Positions 63,911 through 64,000 of a DNA stretch of 64,000 bases are shown in pieces. Source of the DNA: Octopus bimaculoides. Its lineage: Eukaryota. The stretch spans positions 9,344,298 through 9,408,297 of the forward strand of contig NC_068991.1 in the NCBI RefSeq assembly GCF_001194135.2. Reading direction: 5' to 3'. A program made the position numbers and the translations under genes. Under the pieces are notes generated by a model, which searched no databases, was not told the origin of the DNA, and saw only the letters and a program-made list of their open reading frames with translations. How positions within the stretch are numbered: position 1 is the stretch's first letter; each line of letters starts with the position of its first letter.

Positions 63911-63948
63911 CACACACACACATACATACATGCATACATACATATACA

Positions 63949-64000
<52 letters not shown>

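Overview
AT-rich, gapped animal genomic DNA saturated with microsatellites and SINEs. The repeat families resemble those of Octopus; this organism call is an inference. One gene is supportable: the 3' half of a + strand atypical soluble guanylate cyclase (Gyc-88E / MsGC-beta3 / sGC-beta2 type). Its five in-frame GT-AG exons (41-187, 7681-7837, 10152-10261, 14888-14977, 33896-34408; 338 aa in the window) encode a complete catalytic domain and a long tail ending in a CaaX box (CSLI*). The upstream H-NOX/PAS/coiled-coil exons are expected outside the window. Best novel candidates: (1) an in-frame 16-codon exon inside the 18.9-kb last intron (21131-21181, EKPRKTYWLLGSLNST*) that repeats the cyclase C-terminal TYWLLG strand and would give a short, CaaX-less isoform; (2) a complete minimal type I hammerhead ribozyme fold with a U4C core variant (60552-60595, minus strand) in a Penelope-like terminal repeat, whose second copy begins almost exactly at the predicted cleavage site. 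The rest is decayed mobile DNA: several tRNA-derived SINE families, two maT/mariner remnants, a Tc1 end, CR1-like RT, three R4/Dong-like remnants, a HERO-like 3' end and several MITEs. Most ORFs in the supplied track are artefacts of N gaps or microsatellites. Repeat boundaries are approximate.
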